Assembly: GCA_963823665.1 (NCBI GenBank)
Contig: CAWGMQ010000008.1
Location: 320,001 to 384,000 of the forward strand
DNA from: an uncultured Planctomycetota bacterium
Lineage (GTDB): Bacteria; Planctomycetota; Planctomycetia; Isosphaerales; Isosphaeraceae
DNA length: 64,000 bases
Direction of reading: 5' to 3'
Below the pieces are notes generated by a model. The model was not told the DNA's origin. It made no database searches and was given only the letters and a program-made list of their open reading frames with translations. Positions 48,327-57,253 of the stretch are shown here, piece by piece. The position numbers and the translations under genes were made by a program. Every line of letters starts with the position of its first letter. The stretch's first letter is position 1.

Positions 48327-48354
48327 CCGCAATGCATAAGAGTTCGCCAACCGA

Positions 48355-48381
48355 AAACCGCCACAAACCGCACTAAACCGC
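48355..48381 (+). promoter_or_regulatory. Three AAACCGC direct repeats with a 10 bp period upstream of the Xis-like operon
   Basis: Copies start at 48355, 48365 and 48375. Confidence 0.6.
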
Positions 48382-48440
48382 CCCCCTGCCTGATACGGTC
48401 ATTCGCGTGGTTCCCATTTCTCCATTTTGGAGACACGCGA

Positions 48441-48674
48441 ATGATCGAGCCTGTGCTGATCGAGCCCGGGGCGCTCTACGATGACGGATCGCTCCGCCAA
48501 GCCCTCGGGTTGACTGACGCCGCCCTCGCGAACGCCCGCCGCGCGGGGGTACTCCGCTACACACGGCAGGGGAAGCGGACCCTGTACTTGGGAAAGTGGA
48601 TTCTGGCTTGGCTGGAGAGCCAGGCCGCCCCCCAGACCGAGGCCGCCCGGCCCGAGGGGGTTGCCCGTGCCTAA
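48441..48674 (+). CDS. Excisionase-like HTH protein
   Basis: LGLTDAALANARRAGVLRYTRQGKRTLYLG; GGAG RBS. Confidence 0.75.
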   Translation: MIEPVLIEPGALYDDGSLRQALGLTDAALANARRAGVLRYTRQGKRTLYLGKWILAWLESQAAPQTEAARPEGVARA

Positions 48675-48942
48675 ACACGAACGCCCCCAGCCCGAGGCCG
48701 GAGGCGCTGTGGATGATCCGCGACAAGATCATCCTACCGCGCAACCGCCCGCTGTCTCAATCCACGACAAGCTGACCTGGGGATGGGACGACGTCGCCGC
48801 CCTGACCGGACTGTCCCGTCGGTTGCTTGAGCGCCAACTCTCTGCCGGCAAGATGCCGCTGCCTGACTTAAGGATTGGCCGACGTGTTCTCTGGCGACCC
48901 GAGACTATCCGCCGATGGATTGGGGAGGGTGGCCGCCAATGA
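48667..48942 (+). CDS. AlpA/Xis-like HTH protein
   Basis: DVAALTGLSRRLLER..GKMPLPDLRIGRRVLWRPETIRRW. Confidence 0.8.
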   Translation: MPKHERPQPEAGGAVDDPRQDHPTAQPPAVSIHDKLTWGWDDVAALTGLSRRLLERQLSAGKMPLPDLRIGRRVLWRPETIRRWIGEGGRQ

Positions 48943-50633
48943 GCTTGCCAACCTCCTATGAAGCTTGGACGCTTGCGCGCGTCGCTTGCGGGATGCCCCT
49001 TAATGGTGAGCTGCACAAACTGTCCGAGCCGTGGCGATCGCTGGCCGAAGCGATGGCAGGCGCGCTCAAGGACAAGCGGCAATCCATTCTCGACGGATTC
49101 CTGGCCGGCCGCCCCGATCGAGACGCCATCATCAAGGCCATAGCCGACGCCGATCCTAATGGACCGCCGCCGCCCTCCGAGGCAATCCCGTCGCGCGATG
49201 CGTGGCCGCCCTTGCGCCTCGACGAGCTGCCTTCTGTTGAAGCATTTCCGGCCGACGTTCTACCGCCGATCGCTGCTCAACTTGTAATCGAGGGAGCGGA
49301 CGCGATCGGTTGCGCGCCGGATTTCCTCGGGCTCACGATGCTGGCCGTTGCAGGGGGAACAATCGGCCGATCGGTGAGCTTGCTGTTGAAGCCGAATTAC
49401 TTCGTCAGTGCGACGCTCTACTCGGGTTGCATCGGACCGCCCTCGGACGGGAAGACGCCTGCCCTTAAGGCCGCCGCCGCCCCGGTTCGTTCGATTGACG
49501 ACGAGCTGGCCGCCGAACACGCCGCCGCGATGGAACGATGGCGAGCGGACCAAATCGGCCCCGATGGCAAGGAGAAGAGAACCAAGCCCCCCGCGCCGCC
49601 GAGACCCCGGAGGATCGATATCGATGACGCCACGATGGAAGTTTTGCCTCTTATCCTGGCGGACAACCCGCGGGGACTGATCATGATTCGGGATGAGCTG
49701 AGCGCATTCGTCCTCGGGATGAATCAGTTCAAGGGAGGAAAGGGCAATGATCGATCCAACGCGCTCAAGATCTGGTCAGGCGACCGAATTATCAAGGATC
49801 GCGTGAACCACGAAGGCGGAACGCCGATCCGTTGCACGCATCCTGCGCTCAGTATCGTCGGTGGGTTGACGCCGGACCTGCTCGGGGAACTGACCGACCC
49901 GAAGGGAAGCGCCGACGGGTTCATCGACCGGTTCTTGCTGGCATATCCTGACCCCCGGCCCGTGCCCGATTGGTCGGATCGCGGGATTCCCGAGGTTCTC
50001 CTCGACGACTGGCGATCTCTGGTCGCCCGTTTGTGGATGAGACCCCTCGACGTCAAGGAAGGCAAGGAAGTCCCCCATGTCATGCGATTCACGCCCGAGG
50101 GAAAGGCCCGCTGGCAAAAACGCTATGACGAGCATTCCGCGGAGATGAACGCAACAGATTTCCCGCCGTTCCTACGTGGACCCTGGGGTAAATTTCGCGA
50201 GTACGCTGGTCGCCTGACCCTCATTGTGACTCTGACGCATCACGCTGCGGACCCGACCGCGGACGCCTTGGCCCTGCCCGATGTTGGTCCGCGACAGGTT
50301 GACGCTGCGTGGCGATTGGTCAGTTACTTCAAGAGCCACGCAAGGCGAATCCGCGCTGTCATCGCGTCCGGACCCGGAACCGGTGAAACTCGCGCTGCGA
50401 AAGCCATCGTGGATTGGGTGCGATCCAGAGACCTATCAAGCTTCACCGAGAAAGACATCAAACAGGCGCGACGATGGATCAATCACAGCGACCTGCTCGA
50501 CGCCCTCGACTATCTAATCGACCGGGGTGCAATTCGGCCCCGTCAAGCACCGACGCCAACCGCCAAGGGTGGCCGGCCGCCGTCTCCAGCCTACGACGTT
50601 AATCCTGAGTTGCTGGCTACTGCAAACCCTTAG
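48939..50633 (+). CDS. DUF3987 (YfjI-like) P-loop replication protein
   Basis: FPADVLP..GPPSDGKT (Walker A)..IRDELS (Walker B)..DGFIDRFL..AGRL; C-terminal wHTH. Confidence 0.88.
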   Translation: MSLPTSYEAWTLARVACGMPLNGELHKLSEPWRSLAEAMAGALKDKRQSILDGFLAGRPDRDAIIKAIADADPNGPPPPSEAIPSRDAWPPLRLDELPSVEAFPADVLPPIAAQLVIEGADAIGCAPDFLGLTMLAVAGGTIGRSVSLLLKPNYFVSATLYSGCIGPPSDGKTPALKAAAAPVRSIDDELAAEHAAAMERWRADQIGPDGKEKRTKPPAPPRPRRIDIDDATMEVLPLILADNPRGLIMIRDELSAFVLGMNQFKGGKGNDRSNALKIWSGDRIIKDRVNHEGGTPIRCTHPALSIVGGLTPDLLGELTDPKGSADGFIDRFLLAYPDPRPVPDWSDRGIPEVLLDDWRSLVARLWMRPLDVKEGKEVPHVMRFTPEGKARWQKRYDEHSAEMNATDFPPFLRGPWGKFREYAGRLTLIVTLTHHAADPTADALALPDVGPRQVDAAWRLVSYFKSHARRIRAVIASGPGTGETRAAKAIVDWVRSRDLSSFTEKDIKQARRWINHSDLLDALDYLIDRGAIRPRQAPTPTAKGGRPPSPAYDVNPELLATANP

Positions 50634-50695
50634 AACCCTAGAAACCGACGCCCCAAGCGGTTGCCCGCGACCGGTTCTTAGGGTTCTTAGGGTTT
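50624..50695. repeat. 24 bp imperfect inverted repeat built of 9 bp iterons (candidate replication origin)
   Basis: aaacccttagaaccctagaaaccg ... cggttcttagggttcttagggttt, located between DUF3987 and the primase gene. Confidence 0.7.
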
Positions 50696-50721
50696 CTAGC
50701 AACAAGTATCGGGTGCATGCG

Positions 50722-52206
50722 ATGGGAATGGGCGCGTCTGTCGAGAACCCCTGGATCATGGTTGCTGGAAGTGATCGGATCGACTGGGCGGATGTCCGCG
50801 ACCGGGTTAACCTGGCCGCCATCGCGACCGCCTTGCTTGGCCCCGCCGCCGGCCGCCGCGGGGAGGGTGGCCGCCGCCTCTGGTGGCCCTGCCCGTTCCA
50901 TGCTGACCGGAATCCGTCTTTCGCCGTCGAGCCTGGCAAGCCCTGGTGGCGATGCTACGGGTGCGGAGAGCACGGGGATGCCCCCGCGCTGGTGATGAAG
51001 GTTCAGGCAGTTACTTTCCCCGAGGCCGTTCGCTGGCTTGCCGAGCAATCCGGAATCGCGACGTCATCGAGCCGCCCCTGGCGCCCCTCGGGGAGAGAGC
51101 CGATCCGCCGGAGGCCCCCGGACGCTGGCCCCCTCAAAGCCCCTGAGAGGCCCGCCAAGCAGCCCTCGGGATTGCCCCTGGCCGATGCGTTGAAGCTAGT
51201 CGAAGATGCCGCCGAACGAATCTGGAGGCCCGAGGGACTGGTGGCCCTGGAATATCTCCGACGCCGTGGACTGACCGATGAGACAATACGTCAGGCCCGC
51301 CTCGGGTGGGCGCCCGATGTTTCCATTCCGGTGAAGGATGGAATCCGATACTGGCGAGTCTCTGGCATCGTCATTCCCTGGGTGGACCGTGGCCGCCTGG
51401 CGATGGTGAAGATCCGCCGACGCACGGGACAAGAGCCGAAGTATGCGGAAGCGTTTCGCGACCGCCCTTCGATCTTTCCGACCCCCGAGGCCGTTCGCCC
51501 TGGGAAGCCGCTGGTGATCGTGGAAGGGGAGTTTGACGCCCTCTTACTGGGTCAGGCCCTCGGGGAGCTGGCCGCCGTTGTGACCCTCGGTTCGGCATCG
51601 GCCCGCCCCGAGGGATCGACCTATCTGGCGATGCTTCCCGCCCCTGTCTGGTATCTGGCGACCGACGCCGACCCCGCTGGGGACACGGCCGCCGAAGGGT
51701 GGCCGGCCCGAGCGGTTCGCGTCGAGCCCCCCTCGGGGAAGGATTGGACCGAGGCCGCCCAAGCCGGGGTGGACCTGCGCCAATGGTGGACCGACCGCCT
51801 CGGGGGACTCGAGACCGCCCCGCCTGACCCGGCCCCCTGGAAGGTGTCGTCCTCGGGGGACGTCGAGCGAGACACGCAATCGCCCTCGGGGTCCGAGGCC
51901 CCCGCCGCCTCGACGCCCTGGCCGCCCCGCCCCGATGAGCTGGCAAGCTGGCCCCTTGAGTGGCGCGAACGCTGGGGAGCGCTGGCGAACGACCTGGAAG
52001 CCCGAGGGGTGTCGTTCCCCGAATCCGAGGCCGAAGCGTTCCGACTAGTCAAACGCGAGATGGAAGCCGGCCCCGTCGAGCTGTCTCGCCCGCCCGAGGC
52101 GTCGAGCCGCGCGGCGGAGGCCCATTTCGCGCAGGCGACGCTGTTCACTAGAAGTAGTGTACAAGATTCCGGTTTACGGGGGGGGGTACACTATAATGTT
52201 CACTAA
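50722..52206 (+). CDS. DnaG-like primase (CHC2 zinc finger + Toprim)
   Basis: CPFHADRNPSF..CYGC; IVEGEFDAL; ATDADPAGD; KDWTE. Exact start is uncertain. Confidence 0.88.
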   Translation: MGMGASVENPWIMVAGSDRIDWADVRDRVNLAAIATALLGPAAGRRGEGGRRLWWPCPFHADRNPSFAVEPGKPWWRCYGCGEHGDAPALVMKVQAVTFPEAVRWLAEQSGIATSSSRPWRPSGREPIRRRPPDAGPLKAPERPAKQPSGLPLADALKLVEDAAERIWRPEGLVALEYLRRRGLTDETIRQARLGWAPDVSIPVKDGIRYWRVSGIVIPWVDRGRLAMVKIRRRTGQEPKYAEAFRDRPSIFPTPEAVRPGKPLVIVEGEFDALLLGQALGELAAVVTLGSASARPEGSTYLAMLPAPVWYLATDADPAGDTAAEGWPARAVRVEPPSGKDWTEAAQAGVDLRQWWTDRLGGLETAPPDPAPWKVSSSGDVERDTQSPSGSEAPAASTPWPPRPDELASWPLEWRERWGALANDLEARGVSFPESEAEAFRLVKREMEAGPVELSRPPEASSRAAEAHFAQATLFTRSSVQDSGLRGGVHYNVH

Positions 52207-52236
52207 CAAAGTGTGATGACATGTTCACTAAGTGAA
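52142..52236. promoter_or_regulatory. Cluster of five GTWCACTA motifs in an AT-rich tract
   Basis: Forward copies at 52143, 52186, 52198 and 52223; inverted copy at 52155. Confidence 0.6.
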
Positions 52237-52275
52237 ATTGATGCGAATTGTGGCGAATTTCTTCCGACCACATAC

Positions 52276-52304
52276 TTGCGTCGAGTCGAAGTATCTGGTA
52301 TCTT
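52276..52304 (+). promoter_or_regulatory. Sigma70-like promoter for the HTH-integrase operon, probably leaderless
   Basis: TTGCGT-17 nt-TATCTT, then 6 nt to ATG 52311; no SD sequence. Confidence 0.55.
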
Positions 52305-52310
52305 CGAGCC

Positions 52311-52526
52311 ATGAGATACGCAAAGCTGAGTGACGAAATCAGGGAAGCGGTGAACGCCTCGGGGATGAGCCGTTACGCGATCGCCAAGGCCCTCGGGATT
52401 GCCGAATCCACGATGAGCCGATTCGCGAACGGCAAAGGCGGACTATCGATGGACATCCTCGACCGGCTGGCCGAACTGCTGGGATTACACATCGTCGTGA
52501 AGCGCACGAAGAAACATGGGAGCTGA
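52311..52526 (+). CDS. XRE/Cro-like HTH regulator
   Basis: SGMSRYAIAKALGIAESTMSRFANG..LDRLAELLGL. Confidence 0.88.
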   Translation: MRYAKLSDEIREAVNASGMSRYAIAKALGIAESTMSRFANGKGGLSMDILDRLAELLGLHIVVKRTKKHGS

Positions 52527-52529
52527 CCA

Positions 52530-54059
52530 ATGGCATCGTTTCGGAAGCATGGCAAGGTTTGGTATTACCGGTTCGTCGATGGGGACGGAAAGAAGCTTGA
52601 GCGGAAGGGTTGCTCCGACCGCCGGATGACTGAGGACATCGCCCGCGCCGCGGAATCCGAAGCCGCCAGTATCCGCGGTGGCTTGGCCAACCCGAAGGAA
52701 CTGGGCTATCGCGACCACGCAACCCTTTCAATCTCGGATCATACTACCGCGTGGGTGGAATCCCTCGAAGCTAAGGGCGCGACGCCCAAGCATGTCGAGC
52801 TGTTCACTCGACGCGCCCGGAGGGTTTTCGCGTTAGTCAGGGGAGCTAAGCTGGCCGAAATCGAGCCCGCGAAAAACGCAACGCGAGCGGACATCAAGAA
52901 AGCCGAGGAGAGTCTCAAGACGTGGGTAGAACCGGCGCGGCTGGCCGACCTGACCGAAGAGCGGGTTCAGAAAGCTCTGGCGACGCTGAAGGCGGAAGGA
53001 CGCTCGCATCAAACTTGTAATCATCATCGAGCCGCGGCCCGTGCATTCGCGAAATGGTGCCACGACACGCATCGGACACGCGATAACGCCCTTCGAGCGG
53101 TGAAGGGCTACAACATCAAGGAAGACCGCCGACACGACCGCCGGACGATTTCTCTCGATGAGCTACACAAGCTCATTCAGGCCGCGGACCGCGGACCCAC
53201 AGTGTTGGGAATTCCCGGCCCCGTTCGGGCACTGTGTTACCGGCTGGCCGTGGCGACCGGCTTGCGCTATGGCGAGATTAGCAGCATCACGCCCGAGTCA
53301 TTCAACTGGGATGCCCCGAGCGTCACTGTAACGGCCGCCTATACGAAGAACGGCGACCCCGCGACGCTTCCTCTTCCGGAAGACTTGGCGGACGACCTGG
53401 CCGCATTTGTAGCATCGGTTCCCGCTGGGGAGGCTATCTTCGCGTTGCCAAACGAAAAGGGCGCGGAAATGCTTCGGGTGGACCTGGAAGCCGCTGGCAT
53501 CGACTATCAAGACGCCTCGGGGTTGTTCTTCGACTTTCATTCCCTCCGATGCCAGACGGCGACTCTGGCCGACGCTGCCGGGGTTTCCCCGAGGGTTGTT
53601 CAGCGTCTCATGCGACATTCGACCCTCGAACTGACCGGCCGCTACACCCGCCCGCGAGCGGTCGACATCGAGGCCGCCGCCTCGATGCTGCCGAGCCTTA
53701 AGCCCGAGGGAAGCCGGCCCGATTCCCTGGCCGCGACCGGGACAGACGGCGGGGTTTCCCACCGACCTGCGTCCGAGGGAAGCGGAACGCCCTCGGCAAT
53801 CGCTTGCGAAATAGGCGTCGAAGACCGACGCATAAACGAAGCCCTTTCCCACCATTTTCCCAACGCAGAGCCCGGATCGGTGCGGAAACACGCGGACACT
53901 GGCGCGATGGAGGGTTTCGCCGTCGATTCGTCGAAGAAGCGCCGCACGCTAGAAAGGAAGGGGTTTGACGCACGCCGCGGCACACTGGCGGGTTCTGTCG
54001 GAAATACCGGGGAGGCGACTCGAACGCCTGACCTGCGGATTATGAGACCGCCGCTCTAA
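52530..54059 (+). CDS. Tyrosine recombinase/integrase
   Basis: TGLR, TKNG, FHSLR, LMRH, GRYT catalytic motifs. The ORF extends through att and ends on a TAA inside the antisense tRNA. Confidence 0.95.
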   Translation: MASFRKHGKVWYYRFVDGDGKKLERKGCSDRRMTEDIARAAESEAASIRGGLANPKELGYRDHATLSISDHTTAWVESLEAKGATPKHVELFTRRARRVFALVRGAKLAEIEPAKNATRADIKKAEESLKTWVEPARLADLTEERVQKALATLKAEGRSHQTCNHHRAAARAFAKWCHDTHRTRDNALRAVKGYNIKEDRRHDRRTISLDELHKLIQAADRGPTVLGIPGPVRALCYRLAVATGLRYGEISSITPESFNWDAPSVTVTAAYTKNGDPATLPLPEDLADDLAAFVASVPAGEAIFALPNEKGAEMLRVDLEAAGIDYQDASGLFFDFHSLRCQTATLADAAGVSPRVVQRLMRHSTLELTGRYTRPRAVDIEAAASMLPSLKPEGSRPDSLAATGTDGGVSHRPASEGSGTPSAIACEIGVEDRRINEALSHHFPNAEPGSVRKHADTGAMEGFAVDSSKKRRTLERKGFDARRGTLAGSVGNTGEATRTPDLRIMRPPL

Positions 54060-54078
54060 CCAGCTGAGCTACCCCGGC
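54005..54078 (-). tRNA. tRNA-Met (CAT), probably elongator; CCA not encoded
   Basis: GCCGGGGTAGCTCAGCTGGTTAGAGCGGCGGTCTCATAATCCGCAGGTCAGGCGTTCGAGTCGCCTCCCCGGTA folds as a cloverleaf with a CAT anticodon. Confidence 0.95.
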
Positions 54079-54304
54079 ATTGACTGAGAACGCCCTCGGA
54101 GCGAATCGATCTCCGAGGGCGTTACCATTGACTGGTTCAAACTAACAGATCGATTGCTTGGCCGCAACTTCTCCACTGGACATCTGAGGTTCCGGCGGGT
54201 TTGGAGCGACGCGATCGTCTTCGCGGCTCTTCGCAATAGCGAGACGGCGAGCGAACGGGGGGTGCACGCCCACAAAGCCAGTGCCGTCCATCCGACACTC
54301 TCAG

Positions 54305-54332
54305 CGGTCGGCACACGGAGTGTGCCTGCTAC
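54305..54332 (-). repeat. GTAG-type REP-like palindrome
   Basis: Reverse strand GTAGcaggcacactccgtgtgccgaccg forms a hairpin. Confidence 0.65.
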
Positions 54333-54718
54333 ACAGCCCGACGCTCGCTCGCGCTCCAACTTCGAAATCGTCCGTCAACTTCCGCACAATCGACAACGAC
54401 CAACCACTTGGCGCCCGTCATGAACCGAGTTCCGATTCTTCGTGCGCCACACGCAACGAGAAAACCCGCGTGGAGTTGTGTCGATTCCGTGCGCGCCCGA
54501 TTATTCCTGCGCCACACGTAAGTCCAAGGCCCGCAAGGCCGTGGCGCATGTGGCGCAGAAATGAGGGGCTCGCAAATGTTTTCTCGAGGGCTCTTCTCAG
54601 CGAAACGCCCTGAACATTACCCTGGAAGGTTCGGAACGGCACTCGCCTGGCGCGAGTTGGCGCCGTGAACAAGTGCGACAGAGCTTCACGCTATCCGGGA
54701 TCAACCGAGCGAGACGAT

Positions 54719-56392
54719 ATGCCCCCGCAATACATCATGACCATCGAAAACCTCTCCAAGGCCTACGCCAAGAAGGAGGTCCTTCAGAATATCTGGCTCT
54801 CGTTCTACCCGGCAGCCAAGATCGGCGTCATCGGCGGGAACGGATCCGGCAAGAGCACGCTCTTGCGTATCATGGCGGGAATCGAGACGGACTTTCACGG
54901 GTCGGTGCGGCACGCGAACGGGATCACCATCGGGTACCTGTCCCAGGAACCCATGCTCGAGCCCGATCTCGACGTGCGCGGGAATGTGGAAACGGCCGTG
55001 GCGCCCATCCGCGCGCTGCTGGCGCGGTTTGAAGAGATCAACACCCGCATGGGCGAAGGGCCCGACGTCGACGAGATGGACCGGCTGCTCGACGAACAGG
55101 CCAACGTGCAGGCCGGGATCGAAACGGCCGACGCGTGGGACCTCGATCGCCGCATCGAAATTGCCATGGACGCCATGCGGCTGCCGCCGGGCGACGCGAA
55201 GGTCAGCACGCTCTCGGGCGGCGAACGCCGGCGGGTCGCACTCTGCAAAATCCTGCTCGAACGGCCGGACCTGCTGCTGCTCGACGAACCCACCAACCAC
55301 CTCGACGCCGAAAGCGTTGCCTGGCTCGAACGGACCCTTCAGGAATATGACGGCACCGTCGTGCTCGTCACCCACGACCGCTACTTCCTCGACAACGTCG
55401 CCAAGTGGATCCTGGAACTGGACCGCGGAAAAGGGATCCCGTGGGAAGGTAACTACTCGTCCTGGCTCGAACAGAAACAGGCGCGGCTGGCGCTCGAAGA
55501 GAAACAGGAGAGCTCGCGACGGAAACAGCTCGCCCGCGAGCTGGAATGGGTGCGCATGTCGCCGCGGGCCCGCGTGGCCAAGAACCGGGCGAGATTGCAG
55601 CGATACGAGCAGCTCGCGAGTCAGGATGCGGATAAGCGCGATGAGGCGATCGTGCTTCAAATCCCCCCGGGGCCGCACCTGGGTACGCTCGTCGTCGAGG
55701 CGAAGGACCTCGCCAAGGCGTATGGCGACAACCTCCTTTTTGAGGAGATGAACTTCCGGCTGCCGCCGGGCGCGATCGTCGGCGTGATCGGACCCAATGG
55801 TGCGGGCAAGACCACGCTGTTTCGCATGATCACCGGGCAAGAGACTCCCGATCGCGGCGAGCTTCGAATCGGCGATTCGGTGATGATCTCGTATGTCGAT
55901 CAGAACCGTGACGCCCTCACGGCGGAGAACACGGTGTTTCAGGAAATCACCGGCGGCCAAGATCCGGTTGTGCTCGGCAAGCGGAGAGTGCCGCCGCGTG
56001 CGTATGTCGCTCAGTTCAACTTCAAGGGGCCCGACCAGGAGAAGAGGGTTGGCAATCTCTCGGGCGGCGAACGGAACCGCGTGCATCTCGCCAAGCTGCT
56101 CAAGAGCGGCGGGAACTTGCTGCTGCTGGACGAGCCGACCAATGACCTCGATGTCGAGATGCTGCGGGCACTCGAGGAAGGCCTGGTCGACTTCGGCGGC
56201 TGCGCCGTCGTCATCAGCCACGACCGGTGGTTCCTGGACCGGATCGCAACCCATATTCTCGCCTTCGAGGGGGACAGCAAGGTTGTCTGGTGCGACGGCA
56301 ACTACCAGACTTATGAGGAACAGCGGCACGAGAGGCTCGGACTCGAGGCCGATCAGCCGCACCGGCTGAGATACAAGTCACTCACACGCTGA
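54719..56392 (+). CDS. ettA: Energy-dependent translational throttle ABC-F ATPase
   Basis: [20 protein letters not shown]; two ABC domains; [15 protein letters not shown] linker; [13 protein letters not shown]. Confidence 0.95.
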   Translation: MPPQYIMTIENLSKAYAKKEVLQNIWLSFYPAAKIGVIGGNGSGKSTLLRIMAGIETDFHGSVRHANGITIGYLSQEPMLEPDLDVRGNVETAVAPIRALLARFEEINTRMGEGPDVDEMDRLLDEQANVQAGIETADAWDLDRRIEIAMDAMRLPPGDAKVSTLSGGERRRVALCKILLERPDLLLLDEPTNHLDAESVAWLERTLQEYDGTVVLVTHDRYFLDNVAKWILELDRGKGIPWEGNYSSWLEQKQARLALEEKQESSRRKQLARELEWVRMSPRARVAKNRARLQRYEQLASQDADKRDEAIVLQIPPGPHLGTLVVEAKDLAKAYGDNLLFEEMNFRLPPGAIVGVIGPNGAGKTTLFRMITGQETPDRGELRIGDSVMISYVDQNRDALTAENTVFQEITGGQDPVVLGKRRVPPRAYVAQFNFKGPDQEKRVGNLSGGERNRVHLAKLLKSGGNLLLLDEPTNDLDVEMLRALEEGLVDFGGCAVVISHDRWFLDRIATHILAFEGDSKVVWCDGNYQTYEEQRHERLGLEADQPHRLRYKSLTR

Positions 56393-56419
56393 ACCATTCC
56401 TCGAAAAGGGAATCACTGC

Positions 56420-57157
56420 ATGTCACCGGAATTGATAGCGACGTATGCGATGCTGCTCGGACTGCTCGGCGCCCCTCCGGCCGGCGAGCCGAACGTCAAC
56501 ATGCCCACAGAGCTGATTCTCAAGCAGGGGGGCCAGATCGTCGCCATCGGCGACTCGATTACACAGGCCGGGGGTTACCTGCGGGATGTCGATGCCGTTC
56601 TCGCCAAGGCGTACCCGGCGCTCAGACTACCGCCCATTCACAACGTGGGAATCAGCGGGCAAAAAGCCGAAGACCTCGTCAAGCGATTCCAGAAGGATGT
56701 GGTGGACAAGAAGCCGGCGGTTGTCACGATCAGCGTGGGGATCAATGACGTCTGGCACCGAGTCGGCAATCCCCATGATCCGGGCGTGCTCGCCCAGTAC
56801 TGGACCAACGTATTCAAGATGGTGCAGATGGCTCAACAGGCTGGAATCAAGGTGATCTTGCTGGCGCCAACGGTGATTGGCGAGAACGCCGAGGAGGCTG
56901 CGAACAAGCGGCTGCGGATTTACGTCGAGGCCGAGAAACAGGTTGCGCGGGAAAGGAACTGCACGCTCATCGATCTGCACAACCTGTTCCTGACGGCGAT
57001 CGCCAAGCGGCCGAGCGACCTGGGGCGAGGCGACAAGTGGCTCACTTCGGATGGGGTGCACATGAGCCCGGCCGGCGATGCGCTCGATGGCGATCGGCAT
57101 GCTGCGAGCGCTGGGGGTTCCGGATCGGGAGATCGCGGGAAAGTGATTCTTCGGTAG
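56420..57157 (+). CDS. SGNH/GDSL hydrolase (probable frameshift near the 3' end)
   Basis: IGDSIT, GISG, GINDV, DGVH blocks. Confidence 0.9.
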   Translation: MSPELIATYAMLLGLLGAPPAGEPNVNMPTELILKQGGQIVAIGDSITQAGGYLRDVDAVLAKAYPALRLPPIHNVGISGQKAEDLVKRFQKDVVDKKPAVVTISVGINDVWHRVGNPHDPGVLAQYWTNVFKMVQMAQQAGIKVILLAPTVIGENAEEAANKRLRIYVEAEKQVARERNCTLIDLHNLFLTAIAKRPSDLGRGDKWLTSDGVHMSPAGDALDGDRHAASAGGSGSGDRGKVILR

Positions 57158-57205
57158 AATGAGGGGAGATCGCACCGACGTGCGAGGCACATGTTCCCCG
57201 TCTGA

Positions 57206-57227
57206 ACCACGGTCTCACGACCGTGGT
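57206..57227. repeat. Intergenic palindrome (REP-like)
   Basis: accacggtc-tcac-gaccgtggt is a perfect 9 bp stem. Confidence 0.5.
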
Positions 57228-57253
57228 CACGTCCCTCTCGTGGACCAATCGTC

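Larger units (their letters stand above)
39886..54056 (+). mobile_element. About 14.1 kb tRNA-Met-integrated element, phage-satellite-like
   Basis: Exact 52 bp terminal direct repeats; tyrosine integrase, XRE HTH, CHC2/Toprim primase, DUF3987, Xis/AlpA-like HTHs. No capsid, tail or conjugation genes recognised. Confidence 0.9.

Noticed and set aside
39938..54004. Complete prophage or ICE
   Set aside because: No capsid, portal, large terminase, tail, lysis, relaxase or T4SS genes recognised.
54005..54078. tRNA-Ile2 or initiator identity for the CAT tRNA
   Set aside because: It lacks the initiator C1:A72 mismatch and the three consecutive G:C anticodon-stem pairs, and lacks the C4:G69/C5:G68 pairs typical of TilS substrates. 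Elongator Met is favoured but not proven.
54701..56362. 553 aa minus-strand ORF
   Set aside because: Antisense shadow of ettA.
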